Below are positions 39,601 to 49,214 of a DNA stretch of 64,000 nucleotides, one piece after another. Below the pieces are notes generated by a model. It searched no databases. It worked only from the letters and a program-made list of their open reading frames with translations, and was not told the DNA's origin. A program made the position numbers and the translations under genes. This stretch comes from a virus. Location: positions 14,500 to 78,499 of the IMG/VR virus record IMGVR_UViG_3300030333_008459. One strand, written 5' to 3'. Each line of letters opens with the position of its first letter. Positions within the stretch are counted from its first letter, which is position 1.

Positions 39601-42600
39601 CGGCTATTTCTTGTTCTATCCTTTTTATCTCTTCTTTGATTATTTTTTCTTTTTCCGAAAGGGTCAAACTCTCACCAACGTTAGCAAATTCTGGACCTGC
39701 CACTCTTCTTATATTCTTTAAAGCTTCTTCGGGTAAAAAACTACCCGACCCCGCTTGTAAATTTTTTAGAAAATTATCCAAGCTCCCTGCCCCGAAACCA
39801 CTTTTTCTAAGCAAGTTCCGAAAATCGTTTTCCTCTTTCTCAAAAGCTTTTCGACCTTCCTCAATGACGGGAATTAATCTTCTAATAGCTTCGTCAAATT
39901 CACCCCTAGTTAAGACGGCTCCTTCAAACTCTCTTCCAGTTTCTGGGTCTCTAAACTTACCAAAAGTCCCTCCTCCTGGGCCTCTGGCTTCTTCTCTCAA
40001 AACCTCTCTAACAAGCGCGGGATCTACATTAGCAAGACGGGCTTGTTGAAAAAGATTCTCGATATTCTTTCTAAATTCCTCGTCTTTTTTACCTAATGGG
40101 GTGTTTGCTATACCCACATCTCCAGTCATCCGTGCCTTTATCAATGCTTGAAATTGATCATTGAACTCAGCATTCGACAAAGCTTGGGCTGCTTGGAACT
40201 GACGATCATCTAACCCAAATTCTCTAAAATCTCTCGATGCCTGTGACTTTAGTTGTCCTTGTTCTAAATTAGATAAATTATTCAGCTGTCTCGTAGCTCC
40301 TTTAGCGGCATCAGCTAATCTATTCATGTTTCTTGTGTTGAGTTCGTTAATGCCTCTTGACTCCATCAAAGCTTTATCAAGTCCGTTATAAACAGCTACT
40401 GTTGCCCCTATTGCTGCGCCAGCAATACTCAAACCACCCAAAAACTTTCCAAATCCAGCAGTGATTGTCTTGCTCGATGCCGCCATATCATTTGCAAAAC
40501 CCTTTATTGCAGTCCCCGCAAAAGCTATAGTCGTTAGTGTGGTAACCATTTTGGTTAGTTCGTTCGTAACTTTTCCCATTTTGGTTTCAGCACCTGAAGT
40601 AGCTCCTTGTAATGCAGCCATCGCTGCTGTCACAGCGAAGATCGGGCCTAGTAGATCTCTCTGACCTCCTGGGGGTGTTGGCGCAGTTCCTCTGTTTAGA
40701 GAAGGAGCAGGGTTGCCGCCTCTTTGCCCAGGAACATTCACCGCAAGGTCTCTCCCTGTTGGAAACTGGTAATTTGGTATATACCCTCCAGCAAAAGGAA
40801 TAGCCCCAGTAGGCTCATCCCTTGTATTTGTCACAGCAAGACCCATTGGGTTGTCTTGATTTCTAAGTCGGGGGTCTTGATTTACTCTAATTTGGTTAAT
40901 TGGTAAGCCAGCGGCACTTTCTCTTTGTATTGCGTCTTGCAGCGCTCCTCCACCATTAGCAAAGTTCGGTATGTAACCAGAAGCATTTCTTCTGAACGCG
41001 GCACCCGCTCCCCTTGGGTATACTAACGAACTCCCGCTTCCTACGCTGGGATTTAATTGTCTGACAAGAGATTGTTGCGCTGTGTTTAAGCTCGAAAATT
41101 GTGTGTTTGCTGATCGTCCTGTAGCTCTAGCCCCTTCTGCTCCTATTCGCTTACTGCCAAATCCTTTGCCGCCAAAACGCGCTTGCCCTTGTCCTCTAAC
41201 GGCAAATATTTTTTGTGCGGTGCTTATAATATGTTTTAGATCATCATTTACTTTAGCTTCTCCTCCAAGCGACCCCACGTTCTCTCCTCTTATTCCAAAC
41301 AAAGATCTTATATCAGCGTTAACTGGTGTATCAAGTCTGGTGTTGCCAGCAAATCCAGCCGCATCCTTAAATTCTTGACCCGATAAAAAAGCCTTAATCA
41401 TTGACTCAAACATCAAGCCCGAAACCCCACTAGTGTCTCCAGGTTTTATAAAGTTTTGTAAGAATTCCTTTTTACCACTTTCATTAAGAATCTTTTTAGA
41501 ATTAGGAAGTCTTTTGAAAAACTGAACAGAAAATCTACCAGATGTTTTTGCTAAACGTTCTGATATTGTTTTGGTGTCAAAAGGGGGTCTTCCTTTTTCA
41601 TTTGGCGCTATACCATAAGATGGGACTTTAATTTTAAAAGTCGGGCTAGCTTTATCATTTAGAATATTTTTTGGTATACTAGCCTCTTGAGATACAAATC
41701 TTTGAACGCCTTTTGTATCTGTGTATGAAAATACTTGGTTCGCTGGCTTGTCTCCCTTTCTAGCACCTATCAATAAAACAATACCATTGTCAGTATTCAT
41801 TCCTCTCGGTTTCGCGAAATTAGGAATAAACCCTGTAGATGCCCCGATTTTCTTAGCTCCAGCAGGAAGACCCATCGAAGCAACCATGTCTTGGTTAAAT
41901 ATAGCCGATCCGCTTTTTCCTGCAAAGTTTGGAACAATAAACTCGCTAGTATTAGCTACGACTGGTCCTCTCTGACCTCCTCCGAAATTAAAGTTGGGTA
42001 TAGTTACTGGGCGAGCAGAGGGAGGCGCTCCCCCTACTCCGCGAGCTATATCTTGTTGTTCTGATCCATAGCCTCTAACAGCATTAAAATTAGGAATATA
42101 TCCTCCAGCCGCTCTTCCTGCTCTAGCGCCAGCAGTCCCCCTAAGCACGGCAGGAGCTATTCGACCCGCAATACCTTGCATCTGAGTCATTATTCGCAAC
42201 TGCTCGTTTAAAGCGGTTGTAAAGAATTTGATTTGAGCCGCTCGTTTTTGCTCGGTGCTTAGAGTGCTATTTTCAATGCTTAAAATTTGCTGCTGGATTC
42301 CCTTGTTACCCAAAAGCGTTGACGCTATTTGTCCTTGAAGTGTCGCTTGTTGTTGCGCGGCTTTATTCAGACCAAAGAAAGTTTTTAAAGACCCTACCCC
42401 AAACCTTACCAAATCAACGGTAAGTTTAGCAACAATAGCCCCAAATATAGCCAACCCAGGTCCAGCTAGAACTCCACCTATTCCTTTAACTATGCCTTTA
42501 GCAAAATCAGAACCAATACCTTCTCCTCCTAAAATTTCTTTGACATTGTTTACTAAACTATTAAAAAATCCTAACACATTTTGCAAGCTCTCGGTTATTC

Positions 42601-43741
42601 CTATCTTGCCAAGAGTGTCAGCTAATTCTTTAAGATTTATAGTTGCCTCATTGATAGCTGTTGAAAGAGTTTTATTTAAAGCAACGTTCCGTTGATAAGC
42701 CTCGTTTGTTGCTTTTGCGGCAACGTCAGTAATTTCTATAGCAGTTGATGTTTTTGAATTATAGTCATCAAGGATAGCCAAGAATGGAGCGATTTGGAAT
42801 TTACCAACCAAGTTTTCAGCTATCTGAAGCTTTTGAGCGTCAGGGAGTTTTTGGATGGTGTCGGCTAAGTTTTGAATAAGTTTAGTTCCACTTAAAACTG
42901 CACCTGAAGCGTCCTCGACTTGCACCCCTAATTGTTGCATGGTCTTAAGCTTGTCAAGACTCTGTATCCGAGTAAAAATTGTTTTAAAAGAGTTACCAAT
43001 AACAGCACCACCCCTCGCGGTTTTTTCTTGGACCGCCGAAATAACACCCACTAATTCATCTAGACTTACTCCAGCCTGAATTGCAACCGCACCTGATCGC
43101 TTGATACCTTCAATCAAATCTCTTTCTGATACAGCTGCTTTAATAGAAGCAGCAGAAAGCTTGTTCAAAACCTCGCTGCTCGTTACACCATCTTTATTAA
43201 AAGAGTTAATAGCGGCAGTTAGTCCTGCCACAGCCTCGGTCGCACCTAACCCAGACAAACGACTTAAAACCAAAGCATCATTCAATCTAGCTATAACCTG
43301 CTCTGTCTTTAAACCTTGACGGCTTAATTCCAATGCTGCACCCGCAACTGTATCAAACGATTGTTCTGTATTTCGAGCTACATCAAAAATTGTTCTCTTA
43401 AATGCTTCTAGTTGGGTAGTTGTTTGTCCTAAGATAGTATTGATGCTAGCCATTTGTTTTTCAACCTGAATGGTAGTGCTAACCAACTCTTTAAATCCTT
43501 GAGTGACTGCGTTAAGAACCCCAACAGAAGCGCCGAAAGCTAACACCCTTGCGTTAGCCGCTTCCATCGACTTCGTAAACTGGTCTGCCTTACCAGTAAT
43601 GCGCCCCAAAGGTTGAGATAAACCTTCAATACTTTTGGCGCTAGTGCCTAAATTTATCTTAAGATTTTTACCAGCTTTCTTCGCTTGAGCCTCAATGCTA
43701 GCTTGTAATCCTGTAACTGTTGCTGGTATTCTTAATGGCAT
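36698..43741 (-). CDS. Tape measure protein (2347 aa) with embedded globular domains
   Basis: TP901-like core (ELSRQG, RSGAVA..AGVSLDE, IGNSFKTIFTRI), Ala/Gly hydrophobic segments, long coiled coil, DxVPxxLxxGEFV motifs. Confidence 0.92.
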   Translation of the reverse strand: MPLRIPATVTGLQASIEAQAKKAGKNLKINLGTSAKSIEGLSQPLGRITGKADQFTKSMEAANARVLAFGASVGVLNAVTQGFKELVSTTIQVEKQMASINTILGQTTTQLEAFKRTIFDVARNTEQSFDTVAGAALELSRQGLKTEQVIARLNDALVLSRLSGLGATEAVAGLTAAINSFNKDGVTSSEVLNKLSAASIKAAVSERDLIEGIKRSGAVAIQAGVSLDELVGVISAVQEKTARGGAVIGNSFKTIFTRIQSLDKLKTMQQLGVQVEDASGAVLSGTKLIQNLADTIQKLPDAQKLQIAENLVGKFQIAPFLAILDDYNSKTSTAIEITDVAAKATNEAYQRNVALNKTLSTAINEATINLKELADTLGKIGITESLQNVLGFFNSLVNNVKEILGGEGIGSDFAKGIVKGIGGVLAGPGLAIFGAIVAKLTVDLVRFGVGSLKTFFGLNKAAQQQATLQGQIASTLLGNKGIQQQILSIENSTLSTEQKRAAQIKFFTTALNEQLRIMTQMQGIAGRIAPAVLRGTAGARAGRAAGGYIPNFNAVRGYGSEQQDIARGVGGAPPSARPVTIPNFNFGGGQRGPVVANTSEFIVPNFAGKSGSAIFNQDMVASMGLPAGAKKIGASTGFIPNFAKPRGMNTDNGIVLLIGARKGDKPANQVFSYTDTKGVQRFVSQEASIPKNILNDKASPTFKIKVPSYGIAPNEKGRPPFDTKTISERLAKTSGRFSVQFFKRLPNSKKILNESGKKEFLQNFIKPGDTSGVSGLMFESMIKAFLSGQEFKDAAGFAGNTRLDTPVNADIRSLFGIRGENVGSLGGEAKVNDDLKHIISTAQKIFAVRGQGQARFGGKGFGSKRIGAEGARATGRSANTQFSSLNTAQQSLVRQLNPSVGSGSSLVYPRGAGAAFRRNASGYIPNFANGGGALQDAIQRESAAGLPINQIRVNQDPRLRNQDNPMGLAVTNTRDEPTGAIPFAGGYIPNYQFPTGRDLAVNVPGQRGGNPAPSLNRGTAPTPPGGQRDLLGPIFAVTAAMAALQGATSGAETKMGKVTNELTKMVTTLTTIAFAGTAIKGFANDMAASSKTITAGFGKFLGGLSIAGAAIGATVAVYNGLDKALMESRGINELNTRNMNRLADAAKGATRQLNNLSNLEQGQLKSQASRDFREFGLDDRQFQAAQALSNAEFNDQFQALIKARMTGDVGIANTPLGKKDEEFRKNIENLFQQARLANVDPALVREVLREEARGPGGGTFGKFRDPETGREFEGAVLTRGEFDEAIRRLIPVIEEGRKAFEKEENDFRNLLRKSGFGAGSLDNFLKNLQAGSGSFLPEEALKNIRRVAGPEFANVGESLTLSEKEKIIKEEIKRIEQEIAATADEGRREELKLTKELLKGALDKRQVELTTTKDFDRRIKLAESLGTLNKDELRNLRTQKLEFELNNKLLKRRFELVKQAIDSVEGLSANEQQRLDLQDELSKLTVKQLTDANAIAAVIQKVLGFDNKRNINAEEIAKNMVKIVEAGDGSVEAANAFELATKKAADNTDRIRDNLDTARTLLDLQIGKDAFDQVFQSNEDIADLERLKRDAQRTLDQGGLNPEQREGLQRQIRGLNFGIETSRAGEREARLLERARSFDLGPTFNTRGQQLRGQELRTAGFKEEDIADIQKGARLDLKKRIAEAKTTEEAFKIIEDSLKNLTDTETVQIKKRLEALKQETELSRQSTEATLAQSKAELELIGIRIKTANDLQESSRQLEKVGFGGAGLAAARRAAAVAGGPADVEPSIIQDASDKRRSVLQRLRERPEFDAINNADTLATTIENAAINFKNTMSDALVDAIARGESLGDALRAAATDFFSLLAKGFMQSAVDQITGVGLGKGGGGGFNLLSFLFGGEKKNRGGIITGGSGTRDDVPTLLTGGEFVIRRASVNRYGRAFLEDLNEGNVPQMQAGGFYSPGTFGQGSITGSRDLLRFATQSSTSGQFDRVGGGEGLGFASLEPMSARLTMFGRRNSPLFQREQESQREAFGLFARQSQLEEQLREQREQQRRALLGSVISAVVAAGVSGLVNQGGGESGGVESAGLSSDSGAGIMLGGGASGVLSNSSGEGGGFFARAGRAIGNFFNMGQASAIENLDNVTSENIQEINQAAARVGNTVGTGFTGGVRPSRFRFRPGPSSFADTATAGAAGVLPPLGTPRNVVTPQTEAELQAWLRSNSAAGINLDKHATGGYISPTAGVDTVPSMLSGGEFVMNAAATQRIGRGNLSNLNGGGSLEGGTEAIVSRLDQLINVSGEGGETVINITVNSDGTQTTEGGGDEEQQTLALRIRDVVRQTIEEEKRLGGSLRR

Positions 43742-43774
43742 CTCCGTAAACCTTTGTATTATTTACACAAAGAT

Positions 43775-44758
43775 TTACACATCATGCCCAGCTAATCGCA
43801 TCATTTGTTCCATATTAAGCTGCCCCCCATGTTTTTCTGCTTCTTCAGATAAAGCTTTATTGCCTTGAGCAGCATCAAACGTTTTCATATCAGATTTTGT
43901 AGCCCCAAAAACAAAAGAAGAATCAGCGTCATCTTTTATTCCTGTTTTTCTTTTATCCTTATTTCTTTGAGCGTCAGAAAAAGCCAAAAGTTTTTCAGGA
44001 TCTTGTTTTATATTGTCAGGGATATCATCTGTGTTTTGGAAAATATTAAAAAACATTCTCCCATACAAAGCCACACGCAATTGATAAACACTTAAAGCTG
44101 TAACTGGTTTACGGTAAAAACCATAAACATCCTCACAAAGAGACAGATACATAGAAAAAAAAGGACGCAACACAGCTTCTTGTATTTTAAGATCAGTAAA
44201 CCTTTCTCCTATATCTGCTTGAGCCATATTAATCTTAATGACTTCCCAGCTCTCCAACCTCCCGAACTCCTCCTCTGTATATAAGTGTTCTGTTAAATCA
44301 GGATCTTTAAATAATAAAAATCTTAAAATTTCATCACTGCTTCTAGTCGTCGCATATTCTTCAGCAGTTTTCCCTATAACCTCCTGTCTTTTTGTTAGCA
44401 ACTCTGCTAGTTCTTTTTGTTTTTCCTTTATAGTATTATGCATCTCCTCTCTTTGAGATGGCAGAGGTAAAAGGTTTTGGGTATTTTTTAGATTTTTTAT
44501 TTCAAATTCTTTAGAGGCTATTTCGCTATCTTCCTCATGAGACCAAATTTCCTCCTCTATAACATATTTAAGCCTGTCTTTTTCGGATTCTAAACCTCTA
44601 GACAAAGCTAAGTTTTTATATTTTTCATAATACTTATGTAAATATCTTTGGTCTTTCAAGCTAATATGCTTAAAATAAGCTTCCTTGCCTTCTATTTGAG
44701 CTTCTGTGTATCCATCAAAAGCTTCCCCGACTAAGGAGATGTATAGTTCGTCATTCAA
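43775..44758 (-). CDS. Putative tail assembly chaperone II (TTG start)
   Basis: Immediately upstream of the tape measure; resembles 44755-45510. Confidence 0.55.
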   Translation of the reverse strand: MNDELYISLVGEAFDGYTEAQIEGKEAYFKHISLKDQRYLHKYYEKYKNLALSRGLESEKDRLKYVIEEEIWSHEEDSEIASKEFEIKNLKNTQNLLPLPSQREEMHNTIKEKQKELAELLTKRQEVIGKTAEEYATTRSSDEILRFLLFKDPDLTEHLYTEEEFGRLESWEVIKINMAQADIGERFTDLKIQEAVLRPFFSMYLSLCEDVYGFYRKPVTALSVYQLRVALYGRMFFNIFQNTDDIPDNIKQDPEKLLAFSDAQRNKDKRKTGIKDDADSSFVFGATKSDMKTFDAAQGNKALSEEAEKHGGQLNMEQMMRLAGHDV

Positions 44759-45510
44759 AGATCGCCTTTTTCCACTTGCTCGATAAGATTATTGAACTCA
44801 TCAGGGGTGGAGGCTTGATTGAAGAACCAAAACGCTAGAATGGTGGTGACCTTTTTTACCACAGCAAGATAAAAATCATCTGACACATCTTCTTTTAAAT
44901 AGTAATCTTCTATCTTTTGTTCAAAATCTTCCCCCTCAAAATAAGAAACAGGTTGCTCATCATCTTCTCTTTGAACATGAGTTAGCATTAAGGTATACCA
45001 CAACAAAAGACGGTTTTGGGCTTTTACGTCAGCAGTATGATCAAAAAGAGACTGCATAGAAGACTCGGCATCTACGATCTTTCTACGGGCAACTGAAAGC
45101 TCATTCTTAAGTTCTTCTAAACGTTCTTTTTGTTTATCGCTCTTTTTTTCTATAGTTTCCAATCGAGCATACTCATTCTGAATGTCAAAAATTTCTTTAT
45201 ACAACTTACCATAATCTTTTGCATCATCTTCTGACCATACGCCCCCTGTATCGCTGTATTTTTTGTAGAGCATTGCTTTAGTTAGAATACCACGTTTCAC
45301 ACAACGGCTCATTTCGACAGAATATTCCAATTCTGCATCTTCTAACTCGCGACGAGAAGGTCTCTTTAACCTGACCTGAACAGGGACTTTCTCTGTTACT
45401 TTCTTTGTAACAGTAGTTTCCTCTCCTGTTTTTTTATTTTTTCGAGTGTGCGTCTTCTCTACTTCTTTTTCTTCATCCAAAGTGAACGAATATAATTCTT
45501 TAAATTCCAT
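44755..45510 (-). CDS. Putative tail assembly chaperone I
   Basis: Position before the tape measure; coiled-coil, acidic. Confidence 0.55.
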   Translation of the reverse strand: MEFKELYSFTLDEEKEVEKTHTRKNKKTGEETTVTKKVTEKVPVQVRLKRPSRRELEDAELEYSVEMSRCVKRGILTKAMLYKKYSDTGGVWSEDDAKDYGKLYKEIFDIQNEYARLETIEKKSDKQKERLEELKNELSVARRKIVDAESSMQSLFDHTADVKAQNRLLLWYTLMLTHVQREDDEQPVSYFEGEDFEQKIEDYYLKEDVSDDFYLAVVKKVTTILAFWFFNQASTPDEFNNLIEQVEKGDL

Positions 45511-45521
45511 AACCTTATTCC

Positions 45522-45809
45522 TTATTTAAAAACGAAACTTATACTGTAATTATTTAAGTTAGAATCAAAATTTCTAATTGATTCGTTACCAATATCTAAA
45601 ATTCTTTTTCTGATCCAGTTAACTTTTTGAGGCGTAAAGTGATTAGCTGTATTAATGATTGCATGATATTTTTCAGGGATGTTTTGATAAAGTTTTTCAT
45701 AATGAAAATCATGATCCATTTTCATATCCTCAACCATCACTAGCATCGTCTTAAAAAGCCTTGAAATTTCACTATTAGACGATTTACTTAAATTTTTTTT
45801 AGCGTCCAT
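45522..45809 (-). CDS. Hypothetical protein
   Basis: 95-aa ORF heading the TAC-TMP unit; IRKRILDIGN motif. Confidence 0.7.
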   Translation of the reverse strand: MDAKKNLSKSSNSEISRLFKTMLVMVEDMKMDHDFHYEKLYQNIPEKYHAIINTANHFTPQKVNWIRKRILDIGNESIRNFDSNLNNYSISFVFK

Positions 45810-45854
45810 GCCTTAAACCTATCTTATTATATAATTTAAAGTGTAAAAATCAAT

Positions 45855-46322
45855 ATGGCAGGGTTTTTAAGCACAGATCAAATAAACAAAGTCAGAGACC
45901 TTATGGGGACTTTGCATACGACATTTGCCAGAACTATAACAGTTTATAAGACCGCAAAAAAAACATTGATAGCTTCCACTACTTCGTGGAACTCTCTTTA
46001 TGGTAGGACTAATACAGGCTCAAATGATTCTGTTGAATACACAATAGTTTCAGAAACTTTTCAAGCTAGAATCTACTACGACGATATGGATACAGCCTAT
46101 CTCACAGATGATGGGCCGTCCGAACAAGCAGGAACACAAAATAAAGTTGTTGTTTCTGATGGCACAGTAAGAATAGTGGTAGAAGAAGATGCCTATGACT
46201 ATCTTAGCGAATCTCGCAGGGTAGAATTTGACGGAACAAAATTTATTATAGAAAGTGATGGACAGCCCCGAGGTTTCACATCAAACCAATTTTATACTTT
46301 CATCCTTACTCCTACTGAATAA
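45855..46322 (+). CDS. Putative head-closure/neck protein
   Basis: Beta-rich 155-aa protein, first gene of the neck-tail unit; function inferred from size and synteny. Confidence 0.5.
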   Translation: MAGFLSTDQINKVRDLMGTLHTTFARTITVYKTAKKTLIASTTSWNSLYGRTNTGSNDSVEYTIVSETFQARIYYDDMDTAYLTDDGPSEQAGTQNKVVVSDGTVRIVVEEDAYDYLSESRRVEFDGTKFIIESDGQPRGFTSNQFYTFILTPTE

Positions 46323-46909
46323 TGGCATCTTTAGAACCAGATGTGATTGCAGCTCTGAGCCGCCAAGTTCCTAAATTAACACGAAATAATTTAGAAAAAG
46401 AGACGCGCAGAAAATTTAAAGAGCTTAAAGGTCAAATGATAAGCGAGTTTCTCGCTCTACCTGTCACTCAGGAAATAATGGCTGGGCCAAACGGAGTAAA
46501 TATTAGTGGCAGTTTAGGAGGCGTAAGTAATCTTTTTGCGTTCATAGGTTTTAATCAGGGAGATGATCCTATTGCCCCCATTTTAACTTTATTAGAAGCG
46601 GTTAACCTTCAATACGATTCAGATATAAAAAGATCTACTAGAGGGTTTGGTGTTAATTTTAAGGTAAATTTACCTCTACCTGAAGAAATTTTTGCAATTA
46701 CACCTTTACCTTGGGCTACAGGTAGAAGCTGGGCCGAAGGAATTGAACGGGGTCTATCTGGTCTGGGTCACTTATTAAAGAAAAGCAAGGGTAGATCAGG
46801 CGCGGCTATCCAAACCCGTGTAAAAGTAAGAGGCGGTAAATTTCAAAATACCCCTTATATTTCAGCCTTTCTTAAAAAATATAAACAAAAGTTTGAACAA
46901 TTGAAATGA
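46322..46909 (+). CDS. Putative tail completion/neck protein
   Basis: Basic protein (NLFAFIGF, SWAEGIERG); synteny only. Confidence 0.45.
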   Translation: MASLEPDVIAALSRQVPKLTRNNLEKETRRKFKELKGQMISEFLALPVTQEIMAGPNGVNISGSLGGVSNLFAFIGFNQGDDPIAPILTLLEAVNLQYDSDIKRSTRGFGVNFKVNLPLPEEIFAITPLPWATGRSWAEGIERGLSGLGHLLKKSKGRSGAAIQTRVKVRGGKFQNTPYISAFLKKYKQKFEQLK

Positions 46910-47754
46910 AGGAGCAATTCCAACACAAATTAACCACATCTTTTTTTCTGTGGTTTGATAATTTTCTACTTAAAAAGGGAGAAGCTTTTAGTAATAAAAC
47001 AGGAACTTTTTTTAATTATTCAGACACATTGCTTGATTCTGATTATACCCCTTATGGTAGTCCTTATAAGCAATGGGTCACTGATTCATCTATTTCAGGA
47101 GCCACCATTCCTACGGGAGTTTTCATTGATGGCAGCTTTTCAGGCAGAAACAACGGTGTTGTTTTGGACTTTTCTAATGGTAGAGCTTTGGTTTCAGGAT
47201 CTGTAACAGACTCTACAATAACAGGAGAATTTGCAGTTAAAGACTTCAGTGTTTATTTAACCAACGATACAGAAGACGATTTAATTGTTGAAAATAAATA
47301 TGTTGTTAATTCTCGTCTTCCCTCAGGACCAGACACCTATATCGCTCCTTATGACGATGTGGTCCCCGCCGTATTTCTATCTACGTCAGTAAGCGAAAAC
47401 AAGCCCTTTGCTTTCGGAGGTATGGAAAACACAAATATTCACGCTAACGCCGTAGTCTTAGCAGAAGACACTTATCAGTTAGATGGTGTTTTGTCTATTT
47501 TTATGGATTCTGTAAACGAATCTTTTACCCCAATTCCAATGAGCGGTTACCCTATAACTGAGTTAGGAGATCTGAAAGGGGATACTTATAGTTATACAGA
47601 TGCCATAAGTCCTTATAGCGATGAAGAAAAATTTATTGTAAACAAAGTCAGAGTATCAAAACTAACCGACCGAACAAGAAAAAACTTAGCGAATGAGCTT
47701 TATATAGGGTTTATTGATTTTGATTTAATAAAAAACAGGATGCGCTTTGAGTAG
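46906..47754 (+). CDS. Putative tail terminator-like virion protein
   Basis: Directly upstream of the major tail gene; PAVFLS...FAFGG. Confidence 0.45.
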   Translation: MKEQFQHKLTTSFFLWFDNFLLKKGEAFSNKTGTFFNYSDTLLDSDYTPYGSPYKQWVTDSSISGATIPTGVFIDGSFSGRNNGVVLDFSNGRALVSGSVTDSTITGEFAVKDFSVYLTNDTEDDLIVENKYVVNSRLPSGPDTYIAPYDDVVPAVFLSTSVSENKPFAFGGMENTNIHANAVVLAEDTYQLDGVLSIFMDSVNESFTPIPMSGYPITELGDLKGDTYSYTDAISPYSDEEKFIVNKVRVSKLTDRTRKNLANELYIGFIDFDLIKNRMRFE

Positions 47755-47806
47755 TAATTTCACATTTTAATAATAAAACTGTAAACAAAGGAAAGAATCT
47801 TTTATC

Positions 47807-48952
47807 ATGGCCAGCAGAAATAGAGTAATTTACCAATCAGAAGGGCTTTTTGTGAGCAGGGACGCTAGCTTAACGGGTGAAGCCGATAATGAGCAGCTCC
47901 AACGAGTTCAAAGCGCTAACTACAGCTATACAATTAACCGTCAAGACGTTAACCAATACGGCGAGCTTGCTCGTATTGACTCTTTAGTTCTTGAGCCGCC
48001 GACAGTTAGTGTTGACTTTTCTTATTATTTAACGGACGGCTTTAATGAAAGATGTTTAGATTTTTATGTTCAGACGGGTAACGCCATCAAAACCCAACTC
48101 ACAGCTCCAGGCAACTTTGCGTCTGGTCACCTTACTGCTGGATCGGGAAAAAATATTTATATTGTCACTTCTCCTGAGGGAGAAGACTTCAACGCAGGAG
48201 ATGCTTATGAGGCTAGTGATAAAATTATCGGTATTGGTAATGCTTACTTAACTGATTATTCTGTTGATCTTTCTGTGGGTTCTCTCCCCACCGCTAGTGT
48301 TAGCATGGAGGGAGCCAACGTTCGTAGTTCCGCTGGAACCGCAATCAAAAACCCAGCTGTAAACCAAGCAGATGGATCAGAGTTCACCTCCAATAACGTC
48401 ACCCTTCCTGTAGGTAAAACAGGAGGTGCGGGAGCTGCGAGTGGTGGCATTACTGCACTAAAGCCAGGAGATATCACATTATCTCTGACAGCTTTTGATG
48501 GCGAAACTGTCTCAGATCTTAGTGCTACCGAAGGTATTCACATACAAAGCGCTACTATTTCCATTCCTCTTTCGAGAACTCCTCTGGACCGTCTCGGAAG
48601 CACCTTTGCTTTCGCACGGACTGTTGATTTCCCAGTCGTTACGACTCTTAGTGTTAGCGCGATTATGAATGAAACAGATGCTGATAACTTAGCTGATAAT
48701 CTGGAGCTACCAGAACGAGATGTTTCTATCACCCTGAAAGATGCTAATGAAAACACTGCTCTGTTATGGGATTTTAAAGGAGCACTGGTCGAAAGCGAAA
48801 GCTGGAGTTCTAGTATTGGGGCAAACAAGTCTGTAGACATTACATTCACTGCTCAAATTGGTGGTCCCGAAGATGTCGCTGATGGAGTCTTCTTAAGCGG
48901 TATTAATGGTGACCCCGCTTTTAATCTGTATCAAGCTGGACCTGCATCATAA
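47807..48952 (+). CDS. Major tail tube protein with internally duplicated tube domain
   Basis: Acidic, S/T/G-rich beta protein; RVQSANYSYTINR..G repeated as HIQSATISIPLSR..G. Confidence 0.75.
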   Translation: MASRNRVIYQSEGLFVSRDASLTGEADNEQLQRVQSANYSYTINRQDVNQYGELARIDSLVLEPPTVSVDFSYYLTDGFNERCLDFYVQTGNAIKTQLTAPGNFASGHLTAGSGKNIYIVTSPEGEDFNAGDAYEASDKIIGIGNAYLTDYSVDLSVGSLPTASVSMEGANVRSSAGTAIKNPAVNQADGSEFTSNNVTLPVGKTGGAGAASGGITALKPGDITLSLTAFDGETVSDLSATEGIHIQSATISIPLSRTPLDRLGSTFAFARTVDFPVVTTLSVSAIMNETDADNLADNLELPERDVSITLKDANENTALLWDFKGALVESESWSSSIGANKSVDITFTAQIGGPEDVADGVFLSGINGDPAFNLYQAGPAS

Positions 48953-48954
48953 CG

Positions 48955-49212
48955 ATGAAAGAAAGATCTTTTACAAAGAGGGTCGCGACAGAAAAACCTG
49001 TCGCGGCCCCCAAGCCTAAAAAAGATCCTGCACCCGCAGAATCAACAGAGCTGCCTTGGAAAACACATGAGGACATTACTAACGCCTTTTTAAAAGGCAG
49101 TCCGAGCGAAGCAGTTTTAAAAGGACACGCTAAAATTTTAGGAATAGAATATAATTCTAATTTTGAAGAATTTTTTAACGATGCTTTAGAGGCATTTAAC
49201 AAACTCAAGTAA
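48955..49212 (+). CDS. Hypothetical protein with Lys/Pro/Ala-rich N-terminus
   Basis: 85-aa ORF following the tube gene. Confidence 0.7.
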   Translation: MKERSFTKRVATEKPVAAPKPKKDPAPAESTELPWKTHEDITNAFLKGSPSEAVLKGHAKILGIEYNSNFEEFFNDALEAFNKLK

Positions 49213-49214
49213 TC

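Noticed and set aside
36963-43319. Many plus-strand ORFs (up to 213 aa) opposite the tape measure
   Set aside because: Antisense shadows of a long coding frame, with low-complexity S/P/L translations and no motifs.
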